NCBI GenBank assembly: GCA_963727055.1
Contig: CAVSEN010000002.1
Span: 736,199-800,198 of the forward strand
Source of the DNA: an uncultured Chloroflexia bacterium
GTDB lineage: Bacteria > Chloroflexota > Limnocylindria > Limnocylindrales > CSP1-4
DNA: 64,000 bases
Direction: 5' to 3'
Shown piece by piece: positions 29,235 to 39,357 of this stretch (position 1 is the stretch's first letter; each line of letters starts with the position of its first letter). A model generated the notes under the pieces. That model saw nothing but the letters and a program-made list of their open reading frames with translations, was not told the origin of the DNA and did not search any database. The translations under genes were made by a program, and so were the position numbers.

Positions 29235-29573
29235 CTAGCGCCAGCTCGCCGGAACGAGGTCCTGGGCGGGCTCGACCACGAGCAGCGTCGCCAGCCCCGG
29301 CGCGATCGAGCGCAGGTTGCGGCCGGCCGCCCGCATCGCGTCCGAGGCCAGGCCCGCGTCGAGGGCGGCCCGGTCGTCGAAGTCCATCTCGGTCACGAAC
29401 AGCAGGTCGGTCGATCCGCCGAGCGCCTCGGTCACCCGCTGGACCCGCAGGGCGCGCAGGCCGGGCGTCTCGACGACCAGGGGCAGGTGGCTCTCGGCGT
29501 AGGCCTGCTCGAACCCGGCGACCTCCGCCGGACCTCCGTCGGGCCGCCGGAACTGGACGAGGAGCGTGATCAT
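29235..29573 (-). CDS. EthD-family protein
   Basis: MITLLVQFRRPDGG...FEQAYAESHLPLVVETPGLRALRVQRV... is about 110 aa, typical of EthD/TIGR02118. Confidence 0.6.
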   Translation of the reverse strand: MITLLVQFRRPDGGPAEVAGFEQAYAESHLPLVVETPGLRALRVQRVTEALGGSTDLLFVTEMDFDDRAALDAGLASDAMRAAGRNLRSIAPGLATLLVVEPAQDLVPASWR

Positions 29574-30460
29574 GCGGTGCCTCCCTCACGCGTTGCGGCC
29601 GTGCCCGCGGACTGCCCGGAACGCTTCCGGGCGATACTCTCGGTCTGCCGATAGAAGCCGGCGCAGGCCTCGTTGAACAGGGCCGGGCGATGGACCATCA
29701 CCTCGTGCCCGCAGCCGGGAGCCACGAACAGCCGGCCGTCGGGCAGCTGCCGGGTCAGCCCCCAGGCATGGTCGACCGGCACGAACGGATCCCGGTCACC
29801 GACGGCGACCATCGCCGGCAGCTCGATCCGGCGCAGGTCGCGCGGCCCGAGGAGGGGCTGGACCGCCACGTCGCCGGCGATCGCCGGCAGGAGCCGGCGC
29901 CATGCCCCGACGCCCTGGCCGGCGTCGTGACGGCGGCCGAGGAGGTCAGCCCAGGCGGGATCGTTGCGATCGATCCGCTCGGGGTCCATCAGCCGCCGGG
30001 CGACGCTCGCCCGGGGCTCGCGCTGGGTCGTGATCCCGGCGACGACCAGGGTTCGCAGGCGGTCCGGGTAGCGGCTCGCGAACTGCAGCCCCGTCATCGC
30101 GCCCATCGAGAAGCCGAGCAGGTGGAACGTGGTCAGGCCGAGGGCGTCGACGAAGGCCAGGAGGTCGTCGACGAGCTGGTCGTAGGTGAAGCCGTCGGCG
30201 GCGTCCCAGCGCGTCGAGCCGTGGCCGCGGGCATCGGGCAGGTACAGCCGGAAGGCCTTCGAGAACGCCGGGACCTGGGCCGCGAAGTCCTCGCGACCGG
30301 TCGAGGTCGCGCCGTGGAGCATGACCAGCGGCGGACCGTCGCCGCGGACGTCGTAGCCGACCTCCAGGCCCCCGGCCACGATCGTGTCGGTTGCCGGACC
30401 GACGTTCGACCGGGTCGTCAGGGCCGGGCCGGGCGCTCCGTGACGGCGGGCGACGGCCAT
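29570..30460 (-). CDS. alpha/beta-fold hydrolase
   Basis: PPLVMLHGATSTG...nucleophile elbow LLGFSMGAM...GDRDPFVP...GCGHEV. ATGA overlap with the EthD start. Confidence 0.8.
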   Translation of the reverse strand: MAVARRHGAPGPALTTRSNVGPATDTIVAGGLEVGYDVRGDGPPLVMLHGATSTGREDFAAQVPAFSKAFRLYLPDARGHGSTRWDAADGFTYDQLVDDLLAFVDALGLTTFHLLGFSMGAMTGLQFASRYPDRLRTLVVAGITTQREPRASVARRLMDPERIDRNDPAWADLLGRRHDAGQGVGAWRRLLPAIAGDVAVQPLLGPRDLRRIELPAMVAVGDRDPFVPVDHAWGLTRQLPDGRLFVAPGCGHEVMVHRPALFNEACAGFYRQTESIARKRSGQSAGTAATREGGTA

Positions 30461-30465
30461 CGCGC

Positions 30466-31005
30466 TCAGCCCTCCTGCCGGCCTTCGATCGCGATCGCCT
30501 CCGAGCGCTCGACCCGCAGGTAGCGCCGCCGGTAGTAGAGGAGCGGCTGGGGGTGGTGCTCGTCGTTGTGGAGCGCCTCGACCTTGCCGATGAACAGGTC
30601 GTGGTCGCCGATCGGGTGGCTGCCGACGACCGTGCATTCGAGCGTCGCGATCGCCCCCTCGAGGAGGGGCATGCCCGACACGCCGGGCGACCAGGCCGCA
30701 CCGCAGAAGCGCTCCCGGCCGGGCTCGACCAAGGCGCCCGCGAAGCAGTCGGCGAGGCCCTGCTGGTGCTCGCCCAGGACGTTGACCGCGAACTGGCCGG
30801 AGGCGTGGACGAGCGGCGTGATGTAGCGCCGCCGATCGAGGGCGACGACGACCAGGGGCGGGTCGAGCGAGACCGAGCTGAGGGCGTTGACCGTGATCCC
30901 CTGGGGCCGTCCGTCGGAGATCGTCGTGACCACGGTCACCCCGGTCACGAAGTGGCCCATGACCTTGCGGAAGGTGTCCGAGTCGAAGACGGCCTCGATG
31001 CTCAT
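30466..31005 (-). CDS. flavin reductase family protein
   Basis: FRKVMGHFVTGVTVVTT...GITVNALSSVSLDPPLVVVAL...SGQFAVNVL...GDHDLFIGKV. Confidence 0.85.
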   Translation of the reverse strand: MSIEAVFDSDTFRKVMGHFVTGVTVVTTISDGRPQGITVNALSSVSLDPPLVVVALDRRRYITPLVHASGQFAVNVLGEHQQGLADCFAGALVEPGRERFCGAAWSPGVSGMPLLEGAIATLECTVVGSHPIGDHDLFIGKVEALHNDEHHPQPLLYYRRRYLRVERSEAIAIEGRQEG

Positions 31006-31082
31006 CTCCCGGAGTCTACGAGAGATGCCCGGCGGGGCTGTTCCGCCCGTTCCCGGCTTGCCCCTGGACGCCGGCGGCCGAT

Positions 31083-31250
31083 ACCACGACTAAGCTTAGG
31101 CGGGGGTTCAGGACTGCCATCGACTTCGATCCAACCCCGAATTCCAGGTCCAAACTCCCGTTTCACCAGTAGTCGCGGTATCCCACGCCATATCGCCCTC
31201 GATTCGGGCAATGGGGCTCCAGAAACCCGCCAGCTACGATTAGTCGTGGT
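31083..31250. repeat. 168-bp segment bounded by a perfect 11-bp inverted repeat ACCACGACTAA / TTAGTCGTGGT
   Basis: Arms at 31083-31093 and 31240-31250. The interior has lower GC and contains GGGGGTTC...GAATTCCAGG, reminiscent of the 8946-9117 motif. Confidence 0.5.
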
Positions 31251-31300
31251 AACGGTCGGGGCAGCGCCCCTCGCACAGGGCGGGCGGCTACCATCGACGC

Positions 31301-32719
31301 ATGACAGACGCGGCCAAACCCGGCGATCCGCCGGCGACCCGGATCGAGCGGGATTCGATGGGCGAGATGGCGGTCCCGGCCGATGCCCTGTACGGCGCAT
31401 CGACCCAGCGGGCCGTCCTCAACTTCCCGATCTCGGGTCGGCCCATGCCGGCCGCCTTCATCCATGCCCTGGCCCTCGTCAAGCAGGCCGGCGCGGAGAC
31501 GAATGCCGAGCTGGGCCTGCTCGACCCGAGCCTCGCTGCGGCGATCGTCGCCGCAGCCGCAGAGGTCGCGGCGGGTCGCCACGACGATGCATTCCCGATC
31601 GACATCTACCAGACCGGCTCGGGAACCTCGTCGAACATGAACGCGAACGAGGTGATCGCCCACCTCGCCAGCGCCCGGCTCGGCGCTCCAGTCCACCCCA
31701 ACGACCACGTCAACGCCGGCCAGTCGTCGAACGACGCGATCCCCACGGCGATCCAGCTCGCGGCCGCGATCGAGATCGACGCCATCCTCCTGCCGGCGCT
31801 GGGCCAGCTCGAGCGCAGCCTGGCGGCCAAGGCCCGCGAGTTCGATTCAATCGTGAAGACCGGCCGAACCCACCTCCAGGACGCCACCCCGATCCGGCTC
31901 GGCCAGGAGTTCGCGGGCTACGCCGGGCAACTGGCGGACTCGATTCGCCGGGCGCGAGGCGCGCTCGACGAGCTGCTCAGCGTGCCCCTCGGCGGCACCG
32001 CCGTGGGGACCGGGATCAACGCACCGGAGGGCGGTCCGGCCCGAACGTGCGCCCGCCTGGCCGAGCTGACCGGCCTGGCCGTGCGCGAGACCGATGACCA
32101 CTTCCATGCCCAGGCCACGCTCGACACCGTGATCGCCGCCCACGGCGCCCTGCGGGCGATTGCCCTGAGCCTGTGGAAGATCGCGTCCGACATCCGGCTG
32201 ATGGGCATGGGCCCCCGGGCCGGGATCGGCGAGCTGGCCCTGCCCGAAACCCAGCCCGGCTCGAGCATCATGCCGGGCAAGGTGAACCCAGTCATCGTCG
32301 AGAGCCTGACGATGGTCGTCGCCCGGGTCGTCGGCAACGACACGACGATCGGCTTCTGCCAGACCGGCAGCCTGCTCGAGCTCAACGTGATGATGCCGGT
32401 CGCCGCGGCGGCGCTGCTCGAGTCGATCGAGCTCCTCGGGGCGGCCGCGGCGAACTTCGCGGCGCGGGCGATCGCCGGCCTGCGCGCCACCGAGCGCGGC
32501 CCGCAGCTCGTCGAGCAGGGCCTGATGCTGGCGACCGCCCTCGCCCCGGTGATCGGCTACGACGCGGCCGCGAAGCTGGCCAAGGACGCCCTGGCGAGCG
32601 GCCGGACGATCCGCGAGCTGGCCCTCGAGCGGGGCCTCGCCCCGGCCGACCTCGACCGGCTGCTCGACCCGGACCGGATGACCCGGCCGGGAGGCACGGG
32701 CGGTCCCGGCGCAGGCTGA
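31301..32719 (+). CDS. fumC: class II fumarate hydratase (fumarase/aspartase family)
   Basis: QTGSGTSSNMNANEVIA, GQSSNDAIPTA, KTGRTHLQDATPIRLGQEF and signature GSSIMPGKVNP. I cannot exclude aspartate ammonia-lyase. Confidence 0.8.
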   Translation: MTDAAKPGDPPATRIERDSMGEMAVPADALYGASTQRAVLNFPISGRPMPAAFIHALALVKQAGAETNAELGLLDPSLAAAIVAAAAEVAAGRHDDAFPIDIYQTGSGTSSNMNANEVIAHLASARLGAPVHPNDHVNAGQSSNDAIPTAIQLAAAIEIDAILLPALGQLERSLAAKAREFDSIVKTGRTHLQDATPIRLGQEFAGYAGQLADSIRRARGALDELLSVPLGGTAVGTGINAPEGGPARTCARLAELTGLAVRETDDHFHAQATLDTVIAAHGALRAIALSLWKIASDIRLMGMGPRAGIGELALPETQPGSSIMPGKVNPVIVESLTMVVARVVGNDTTIGFCQTGSLLELNVMMPVAAAALLESIELLGAAAANFAARAIAGLRATERGPQLVEQGLMLATALAPVIGYDAAAKLAKDALASGRTIRELALERGLAPADLDRLLDPDRMTRPGGTGGPGAG

Positions 32720-32738
32720 CGCGCTACGATACGCGGCG

Positions 32739-33521
32739 ATGTCGACCACCTCGTGGAGCCGCGCCTCGAGCTCGCCGCCGGCCAATGCGGCCGGGCGGCG
32801 CCGGCCGGAGGTCGTTGCCCTGGCCGACGGCAGCCCGAGCCTGGCCGAGCTGTTCACCTTCGCCCGCGACGCCGAGCTGCGCTTCGAGACGCTCCGGATG
32901 CGGATCGAGGACCGCACGGCCACGACCCAGGGTGATCGCCTGCTCGTGATCGAGACGACGATCCGCCACCCGGGCGAGGCCAAGGTCGTGACCACCGATC
33001 CCAGCCTGGGGATCACCGCCAACCACGAGCTGTGGATCTCCGACGGGGAGACCGTCCGGACCTGGTCGGCCGAGCATCGCAAAGGCACCCAGCGCGCCGT
33101 CCGGCGGCGGGTCGTGGGCCTCGACGATCCCGACTTCCCGGGCACGGCCACGGTCTACCGGCCGCGGACCGCGCTGCCGGCCGAGAGCCTGCCGGACGCC
33201 TTCATCCACCCGGCGGGCCTCTGCCAGAACGTGCTGGCCACCGGCCGGTCCTGGGTCTCTGGCTCGGTCGACGTCGGCGGCCGCGAGGCGATCGTCGTGG
33301 ACTGCGACCACCCGCGCTCGATCGGGATCGCCGCCGATCGGCCCGACCACCACATCCAGGTCGCCTTCGATCGCGACACGGGCATCGTCCTGCGCCTGGT
33401 CGAGACGATCGCCGGTGAGCTCACCCGGGACGCGAGCGTGACCAGCCTGGCGCCCGACGCGACCCTCAGCCCGGCCGCCTTCACGTTCAGCTTCCCGAGC
33501 GGGGCAACCCTGATCTACTGA
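32739..33521 (+). CDS. hypothetical protein (260 aa)
   Basis: TACGAT lies 8 nt upstream of the ATG. Composition is protein-like. I recognise no family. Confidence 0.55.
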   Translation: MSTTSWSRASSSPPANAAGRRRPEVVALADGSPSLAELFTFARDAELRFETLRMRIEDRTATTQGDRLLVIETTIRHPGEAKVVTTDPSLGITANHELWISDGETVRTWSAEHRKGTQRAVRRRVVGLDDPDFPGTATVYRPRTALPAESLPDAFIHPAGLCQNVLATGRSWVSGSVDVGGREAIVVDCDHPRSIGIAADRPDHHIQVAFDRDTGIVLRLVETIAGELTRDASVTSLAPDATLSPAAFTFSFPSGATLIY

Positions 33522-33567
33522 GCCTTGCCGCCGCGCCGTCGGGCGCGAGCCGGCGTGGACGAGAATT

Positions 33568-33603
33568 GACCGAGCCCGGCGGCGGGGGCCACCGGGCTCG
33601 GTC
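33568..33603. terminator. perfect 12-bp stem-loop between convergent genes
   Basis: GACCGAGCCCGG-cggcgggggcca-CCGGGCTCGGTC. Confidence 0.6.
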
Positions 33604-33640
33604 CGTGGGCTGGGCCGGAACGTTGCCGGCCGGCGCCCGC

Positions 33641-35257
33641 TCAGGCGATCTCGAGCTCGGCCTCGATCGCGGCCAGCTCAGCCGGACTGCCCTGGACCTT
33701 CGGGCCGTGGAACCAGCGCTTCGCCGAGGCGAAGTACCAGATCGCTGCCCCGCCCAGGACGACGAGGAAGACCACCGGCGTGTAGTTGAAGGTGGTGGCG
33801 TTGATCGGCTGGACCTGCGGCAGAACGAACAGGATGCAGATCACGATGACCCAGATCGTGCCCACGATCCCGATCGGCTTGCTCCAGCGGCCGAGGGTCC
33901 ACGGTCCTTCCTGGAACTTGCTCCCGGCGCGCAGGCGCAGGAACACGGGCGAGATATAGGCGACGTACAGGCCGATGACCGCAATCGAGGTGACGGCGAA
34001 GTAGGCAACGGAGTTGAACAGGTATGGCACGCCCAGGATGAAGGCGCCGACCGCGGCGAACCAGATCGAGTTCGTGGGGGTTCGGGTGCGCTTGTTGATC
34101 CGGTGCCAGAAGCGGCTGCCGGGGATCGCGCCGTCGCGCGCGAACGCGTAGATCATCCGTGAGTTGGCCGTGACCGAGGACATGCCGCAGTAGAACTGGG
34201 CGCCGATCACGATCAGCAGGATGAACAGACCGCCAGCCTGGCCGATGTCGTCGATCCAGATCTGGGCCGGCGGCACGAAGAAGCCCAGGGCGTGGGTGTA
34301 GCCATCGACCATCGTCGAGCCGTCGGCTCCGAGGAAGACCTTGTCCGGGGTGATCCCGATGTTCATCGCGACCAGCAGGATGAACCCCGCGATGACCGAG
34401 ATGATCACCGAGTAGACGATCCCCTTGGGCGCCGAGCGCTGCGCGTCGTGGGTCTCCTCGGACATGTGGGCCGAGGCATCAAAGCCGGTCAACGTGTACT
34501 GGGCGTTGAGCAGGCCGATCAATGCCACGTAGAGCGGGATGCTCAGGAACAACGGGCCGGGCCAGCTCAAGCCGCCCACGCCGTCGCCGGTGTTGTCGAC
34601 CGTCTTCGAGAAGACGGTCCCGATGTCGGTCCCGTGGTGCTGGTTGAGCACGACGCACACGACCACGATCGCGGCCACCCCAACGAGGTGCCACCACACG
34701 GACACGTCGTTGAGCAGGGCCACGACCCGGATGCCGAACGTGTTCAGGAGAGCGTGGATGACCAGCATGATCCCGAAGATCAGGATCGTATGGGGCGGAT
34801 CGGCCGGGACGCCGAACGCGATGTTGAGGAAGGCGTTGGTGAACAGGGCCAACCCGAAGTCAATGCCGGCCGTGACAGCGACCTGGCCCACCAGGTTGAA
34901 CCAGCCGACGAACCAGCTCCAGCGAGCACCGTCCGCACCGGCTTCCTCGGCCAGCTTGGCCGACCAGTAGTAGAGCCCTCCGGCTGTCGGGTAGCTCGAG
35001 GCGACTTCGGCCATGCCCAGGGCGACGATCAGGACGAAGACGCCGACGAACAGCCAGCCCAGGGTCATGATCGCCGGGCCGCCGGTGTTCATCGCAAAGC
35101 CAAACAGGGTCAGGCAGCCGGACAGGATCGAGATGATGGTGAACGAAACCGCGAAGTTCGAGAATGTCTTCATTCCCCGCCGGAGCTCCTGGGCGTAGCC
35201 CAGGCTGTGGAGCTTCTCCGCGTCAGCGGACGTCGGCCCGCCGGGTCTATCGGCCAT
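33641..35257 (-). CDS. APC-superfamily amino acid/choline/polyamine-type permease
   Basis: 538 aa with 12 or more TM segments. N-terminal FSNFAVSFTIISILSGCLTLFGFAMNTGGPA and AEVASSYPTAGGLYYW are typical of the amino acid/choline transporter branch. Confidence 0.8.
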   Translation of the reverse strand: MADRPGGPTSADAEKLHSLGYAQELRRGMKTFSNFAVSFTIISILSGCLTLFGFAMNTGGPAIMTLGWLFVGVFVLIVALGMAEVASSYPTAGGLYYWSAKLAEEAGADGARWSWFVGWFNLVGQVAVTAGIDFGLALFTNAFLNIAFGVPADPPHTILIFGIMLVIHALLNTFGIRVVALLNDVSVWWHLVGVAAIVVVCVVLNQHHGTDIGTVFSKTVDNTGDGVGGLSWPGPLFLSIPLYVALIGLLNAQYTLTGFDASAHMSEETHDAQRSAPKGIVYSVIISVIAGFILLVAMNIGITPDKVFLGADGSTMVDGYTHALGFFVPPAQIWIDDIGQAGGLFILLIVIGAQFYCGMSSVTANSRMIYAFARDGAIPGSRFWHRINKRTRTPTNSIWFAAVGAFILGVPYLFNSVAYFAVTSIAVIGLYVAYISPVFLRLRAGSKFQEGPWTLGRWSKPIGIVGTIWVIVICILFVLPQVQPINATTFNYTPVVFLVVLGGAAIWYFASAKRWFHGPKVQGSPAELAAIEAELEIA

Positions 35258-35378
35258 CCCTCGAGTCCTCCTTGGGCAGCGTACGATTGGATGGGCGGAT
35301 TAGGCCGGTCCGGGGTGCTCCTGTCAAGACGGAATCTCAAATCCATCTGCCGCCTGCCGCGGCAGGACGGGAGGTCCG

Positions 35379-36137
35379 ATGGGCGATCGACTGGCGGGCA
35401 AGGTCTGCATCGTGACCGGGGCCGGGTCGGGCATCGGGCGGGCGACGGCGATCCGCTTCGCCGAGGAGGGCGCCCTTGTCACCTGCGTCGACGTCGCGCC
35501 CGACGCGGTGGCCGAGACGGCTCGCTCGATCGGCCCGGCCGCCTTCGCGGTTGTCGCCGACGTGTCGAACCCGAAGCTGGTCCAGGCCTATACCGACGCC
35601 ACGGCCGAACGCTGGGGCGGCCTGGACGTCGTCTTCAACAACGCCGGGGTCAACCTGCCCGGGATCTTCCACGAGGCGTCGGACGAGGTCGTCGACCGGA
35701 CCCTGAACGTCAACGTCAAGGGCCCGATCTACGGCTGCCGCTACGCCATCCCGCACATGCTCCGGCGGGGCGGCGGCTCGCTGATCAACACGACCTCGGT
35801 CAACGGCCTGGTAGCCGAACCGTTCCTGGCGATCTACGCCACCTCCAAGGGTGCCCTGGTCATGCTCTCGAAGGGGATCGCCCTCGACTACGCCAAGCAG
35901 AACATCCGCTGCAACGCGATCGCCCCGGGCTGGGTGGACACGCCGATCAACTACGCCCACGCCGAGATGCTGGGCGGCCTGGCCGAGGTCTACGCCACGA
36001 TCGACTCGTTCCAGCCGATCGGCCGTCCGGGTGAGCCCCGCGAGATCGCCAACGTCGCCCTGTTCCTGGCCTCCGACGAGTCCTCGTTCGTGACCGGCTC
36101 GGTGATCGTGGCCGACGGCGGGATGACCGCGAAGTAG
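35379..36137 (+). CDS. SDR-family oxidoreductase
   Basis: TGAGSGIGRA, NNAG and YATSKGALVMLSKGIA. GGGAGG is the RBS. Confidence 0.85.
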   Translation: MGDRLAGKVCIVTGAGSGIGRATAIRFAEEGALVTCVDVAPDAVAETARSIGPAAFAVVADVSNPKLVQAYTDATAERWGGLDVVFNNAGVNLPGIFHEASDEVVDRTLNVNVKGPIYGCRYAIPHMLRRGGGSLINTTSVNGLVAEPFLAIYATSKGALVMLSKGIALDYAKQNIRCNAIAPGWVDTPINYAHAEMLGGLAEVYATIDSFQPIGRPGEPREIANVALFLASDESSFVTGSVIVADGGMTAK

Positions 36138-36242
36138 GCGCGCCGTAGCCCTCGCGACAGGCGGGACGGCGCCCGCCCGGGGCTCTAGCATCCGCACACC
36201 GCACGCGCAGTCCGCCAATCGAACCAACCCTCCAGGAGGTCG

Positions 36243-37644
36243 GTGATGAGCAAGGAAGACCACGGCCACCCCAAGCATGCCCGGCTCGTCGAGCTTGAGG
36301 CGATGGTCGCCGACGGCCGGATCGACACCCTGGTCGTGGCGATCACCGACATGCAGGGCCGGCTGATGGGCAAGCGGGTCCAGGCCGAGGCCTTCCTCGC
36401 CGGGGTGATCGACCACGGCGCCCACTTCTGCACCTACCTGCTGGGCACCGACATGGAGATGAACACGCCCGACGGGTTCGCCCTGATGAACTGGGAGACG
36501 GGCTACGGCGACTGGATCGCCCAACCCGTCTGGGACACCCTGCGCGTGCTGCCCTGGCTCGAGAAGACGGCCCTCGTCCTGAGCGACGCGACCGACGAGG
36601 AGACCGGCGAGGAGATCCCGGTCTCGCCCCGGACGATCCTCAAGCGCCAGGTGGCCCGGGCCGCGGCGCTGGGCTTCTCGGTCAAGGCCGGCTCGGAGTT
36701 CGAGTACTACGTCCTGAAGGAATCGTGGGAGGAGTCAGAATCGCCGGGGCTGGGCGATTCCGGAGCGCTTCGGCTACTACAACGAGGACTACCACCTCCT
36801 CCAGGCGACGAAGGCCGAGCCGCTCCACCGGCTCCTGCGCAACCAGATGACCGCGGCCCGGATCCCGATCGAGTTCAGCAAGGGCGAGGCCGCTCCCGGC
36901 CAGCACGAGGTCAACATCCGCTACGACCACGTCCTCGAGTCGGCCGACCGGAGCGTGATCTTCAAGCACGGCGCCAAGGAGATCGCCTACCTCAACGGTT
37001 GGGGGATCACGTTCATGGCCAAGCCCGACGCGAGCTGGACGGGCTCGTCCGGGCACCTTCACATGAGCCTCTGGGACAAGGCCGGCGAGCACTCCCTGAC
37101 CCACGATCCGGCGGCCGGCCTGCCCTACGGCCTGTCGAAGACGTTCAGCCACTTCGTCGCCGGCATGATGAAGCTGTCGCGCGAGCTGGCGATCTTCATC
37201 GCCCCGAACATCAACTCGTACAAGCGCTATGCCTCGCTGTCGTGGGCGCCGGTCAACGTCGTGTGGGGCCGGGACAACCGGACGACCGGCTTCCGGATGG
37301 TCGGCCATGGCGCCAACCTCCACGTCGAGGACCGCTTTCCCGGCGGCGACATGAACGCCTACCTGACCTACGCCGCGGCGATCGGCGCCGGCCTGTACGG
37401 GATCGAGCACGAGCTGCCGCTCGACCCCGAGTTCAAGGGCAACGGCTACATCGCGACCGGCAGGCAGCGCATGCCGCGCGCACTGTACGAGGCGATCTGG
37501 GAGCTCGAGAAGAGCGCGGCCGGGCCGGAGATCTTCGGCCAGGACGTGATCGACCACTACCTCAACGCCGCTCGCTACGAGCAGCAGGTCTACGACTCGG
37601 TCGTCCACGACTGGGACCGGGAGCGCTACCTCGAGCGGAGCTGA
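36243..37644 (+). pseudogene. glutamine synthetase family protein (GlnA-like gamma-glutamylating enzyme), one frame break near 36740
   Basis: The N-terminal beta-grasp part MMSKEDH...GSEFEYYVLKESWEE continues in the next frame as IPERFGYYNEDYHLLQATKAEPLHRLLRNQMTAARIPIEFSKGEAAPGQHEVNI...NSYKRY...RTTGFR. Length is 3n+1. Confidence 0.8.
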
Positions 37645-37696
37645 CCCTCGCCGGGCCGCCGGCCGTACGAACCACGAACGACCAGAGGAGAGCACG

Positions 37697-38464
37697 GTGC
37701 GACTGACTGACAAGGTGGCGATCATCACCGGCGGTGGCGGCGGCATGGGCCGGGTGGCGGCCCGGCTGTTCGCGGCGGAGGGGGCGAAGGTCGTGGTCGC
37801 CGAGTTCAGCGAGGCGGCCGGCGCGGAGACTGTCGACCTCGTCCGGGCGGCCGGCGGCCAGGCGACGTTCGTCAAGGCCGACGTGAGCCGCGAGGCCGAT
37901 GCCAAGGCGATGGTCGACCATGCCCTGGCGACCTACGGCCGGCTCGACGTCCTGTACAACAACGCCGGGATCATGCCCGAGGCGGACCATTCGGTCATCG
38001 ACACGGACGTCGAGACGTGGGACAAGGTCATGGCCGTGAACGTCCGAGGCGTCTTCCTGGGCTGCAAGTACGCGATCCCGGCGATGGAGGCCGGCGGCTC
38101 CGGCTCGATCATCAACATCGCCAGCTTCGTGGCCCTCCTCGGCTGCTCCGTTCCGCAGGACGCCTACACTGCCTCGAAGGGCGCCCTCCTCGCGCTCACC
38201 CGCAGCCTGGCCGTCCAGTTCGGCCCGAAGGGAATCCGCACGAACGCGATCTGCCCGGGACCCGTCGAGACCCCGCTGCTGATGGACTGGCTGGTCAAGG
38301 ACGAAGCCGCCAAGCAGCTCCGCCTTGCGCGCAACCCGACCGGCCGCTTCGGCAAGCCCGAGGAGATCGTGTACATGGCGATCTACCTGGCCTCCGACGA
38401 ATCGCGCTGGACCAATGGCGCCCAGCTCGTCGTCGACGGCGGAATCAGCGTCAACTACTTCTGA
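37697..38464 (+). CDS. SDR-family oxidoreductase
   Basis: TGGGGGMGR, NNAG and YTASKGALLALTRSLA. GTG start with an AGAGGAG RBS. Confidence 0.85.
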   Translation: MRLTDKVAIITGGGGGMGRVAARLFAAEGAKVVVAEFSEAAGAETVDLVRAAGGQATFVKADVSREADAKAMVDHALATYGRLDVLYNNAGIMPEADHSVIDTDVETWDKVMAVNVRGVFLGCKYAIPAMEAGGSGSIINIASFVALLGCSVPQDAYTASKGALLALTRSLAVQFGPKGIRTNAICPGPVETPLLMDWLVKDEAAKQLRLARNPTGRFGKPEEIVYMAIYLASDESRWTNGAQLVVDGGISVNYF

Positions 38465-39357
38465 TGCCCGACGGTGAGCGACTGCTCGCGATCGGCGTCG
38501 ATGTCGGCGGCACCGGGATCAAGGCCGCCCTGGTCGACGTCAAGACGGGCGAGCTCGCCGGAGAGCGGATCCGGGTCCTGACCCCGGTGCCCTCGAAACC
38601 GGCCGCGGTCGTCGCCTCGGCCGGCCGGGTCGTCGGGCGATTGATCCGGGCGGCCAACGCCGGGGCGCTCGCCGCTGGCGAGCCGCAGCCGACGATCCAG
38701 GCGATCGGCGTCGGCTTCCCGTCGCCGATCATCAACGGGGTGACCAAGACGGCCGCCAACGTCGATCCGGAGTGGATCGGCTTCGAGGCCCAGGCGGCCT
38801 TCTCCAAGGCGTTCAAGCGGCGGACCTGGCTGGTCAACGACGCCGACGCTGCCGGCGTGGCCGAGATGCGCTTCGGCGCGGGTTACGGCAAGCGGGGCGT
38901 GGTGATCGTGCTGACCCTGGGGACCGGCGTCGGGTCGGGGATCTTCGTCGACGGCCGGCTCGTCCCCAACACCGAGCTCGGCCACATGGAGGTCAACGGT
39001 CGCGACGCCGAGCGGCGTTCCTCGGCCAACGCCCGGATCCGGCGTGGCCTGAGCTGGAAGGCGTGGGCCGAGGATCTCGACGAGCACCTCCGGGCGATCG
39101 ACATCCTGTTCAGCCCGAGCCTGATCATCCTGGGCGGCGGAGTCAGCAAGAAGGCCGATCGATTCCTGCCGCTGCTCAAGACGCCGGGCCCGATCGTGGC
39201 CGCCCAGCTGCGCAACGAGGCCGGCATCGTCGGGGCGGCGATGGTCGGGCTGGAGCGCGAGGCCGAGATGGTCCGTGAGGAGCGCGACGTCGCCGAGCGG
39301 GCATCCCAGTCTGCCTCTAACTTACCGGTCGACAAGCCGGCCGCGGAGGCGGGTTGA
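38464..39357 (+). CDS. ppgK: polyphosphate glucokinase (ROK family)
   Basis: GVDVGGTGIKAALVD, LVNDADAAGVAEMRFGAG and TLGTGVGSGIFVDGRLVPNTELGH. The ATG overlaps the SDR stop. Confidence 0.8.
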   Translation: MPDGERLLAIGVDVGGTGIKAALVDVKTGELAGERIRVLTPVPSKPAAVVASAGRVVGRLIRAANAGALAAGEPQPTIQAIGVGFPSPIINGVTKTAANVDPEWIGFEAQAAFSKAFKRRTWLVNDADAAGVAEMRFGAGYGKRGVVIVLTLGTGVGSGIFVDGRLVPNTELGHMEVNGRDAERRSSANARIRRGLSWKAWAEDLDEHLRAIDILFSPSLIILGGGVSKKADRFLPLLKTPGPIVAAQLRNEAGIVGAAMVGLEREAEMVREERDVAERASQSASNLPVDKPAAEAG

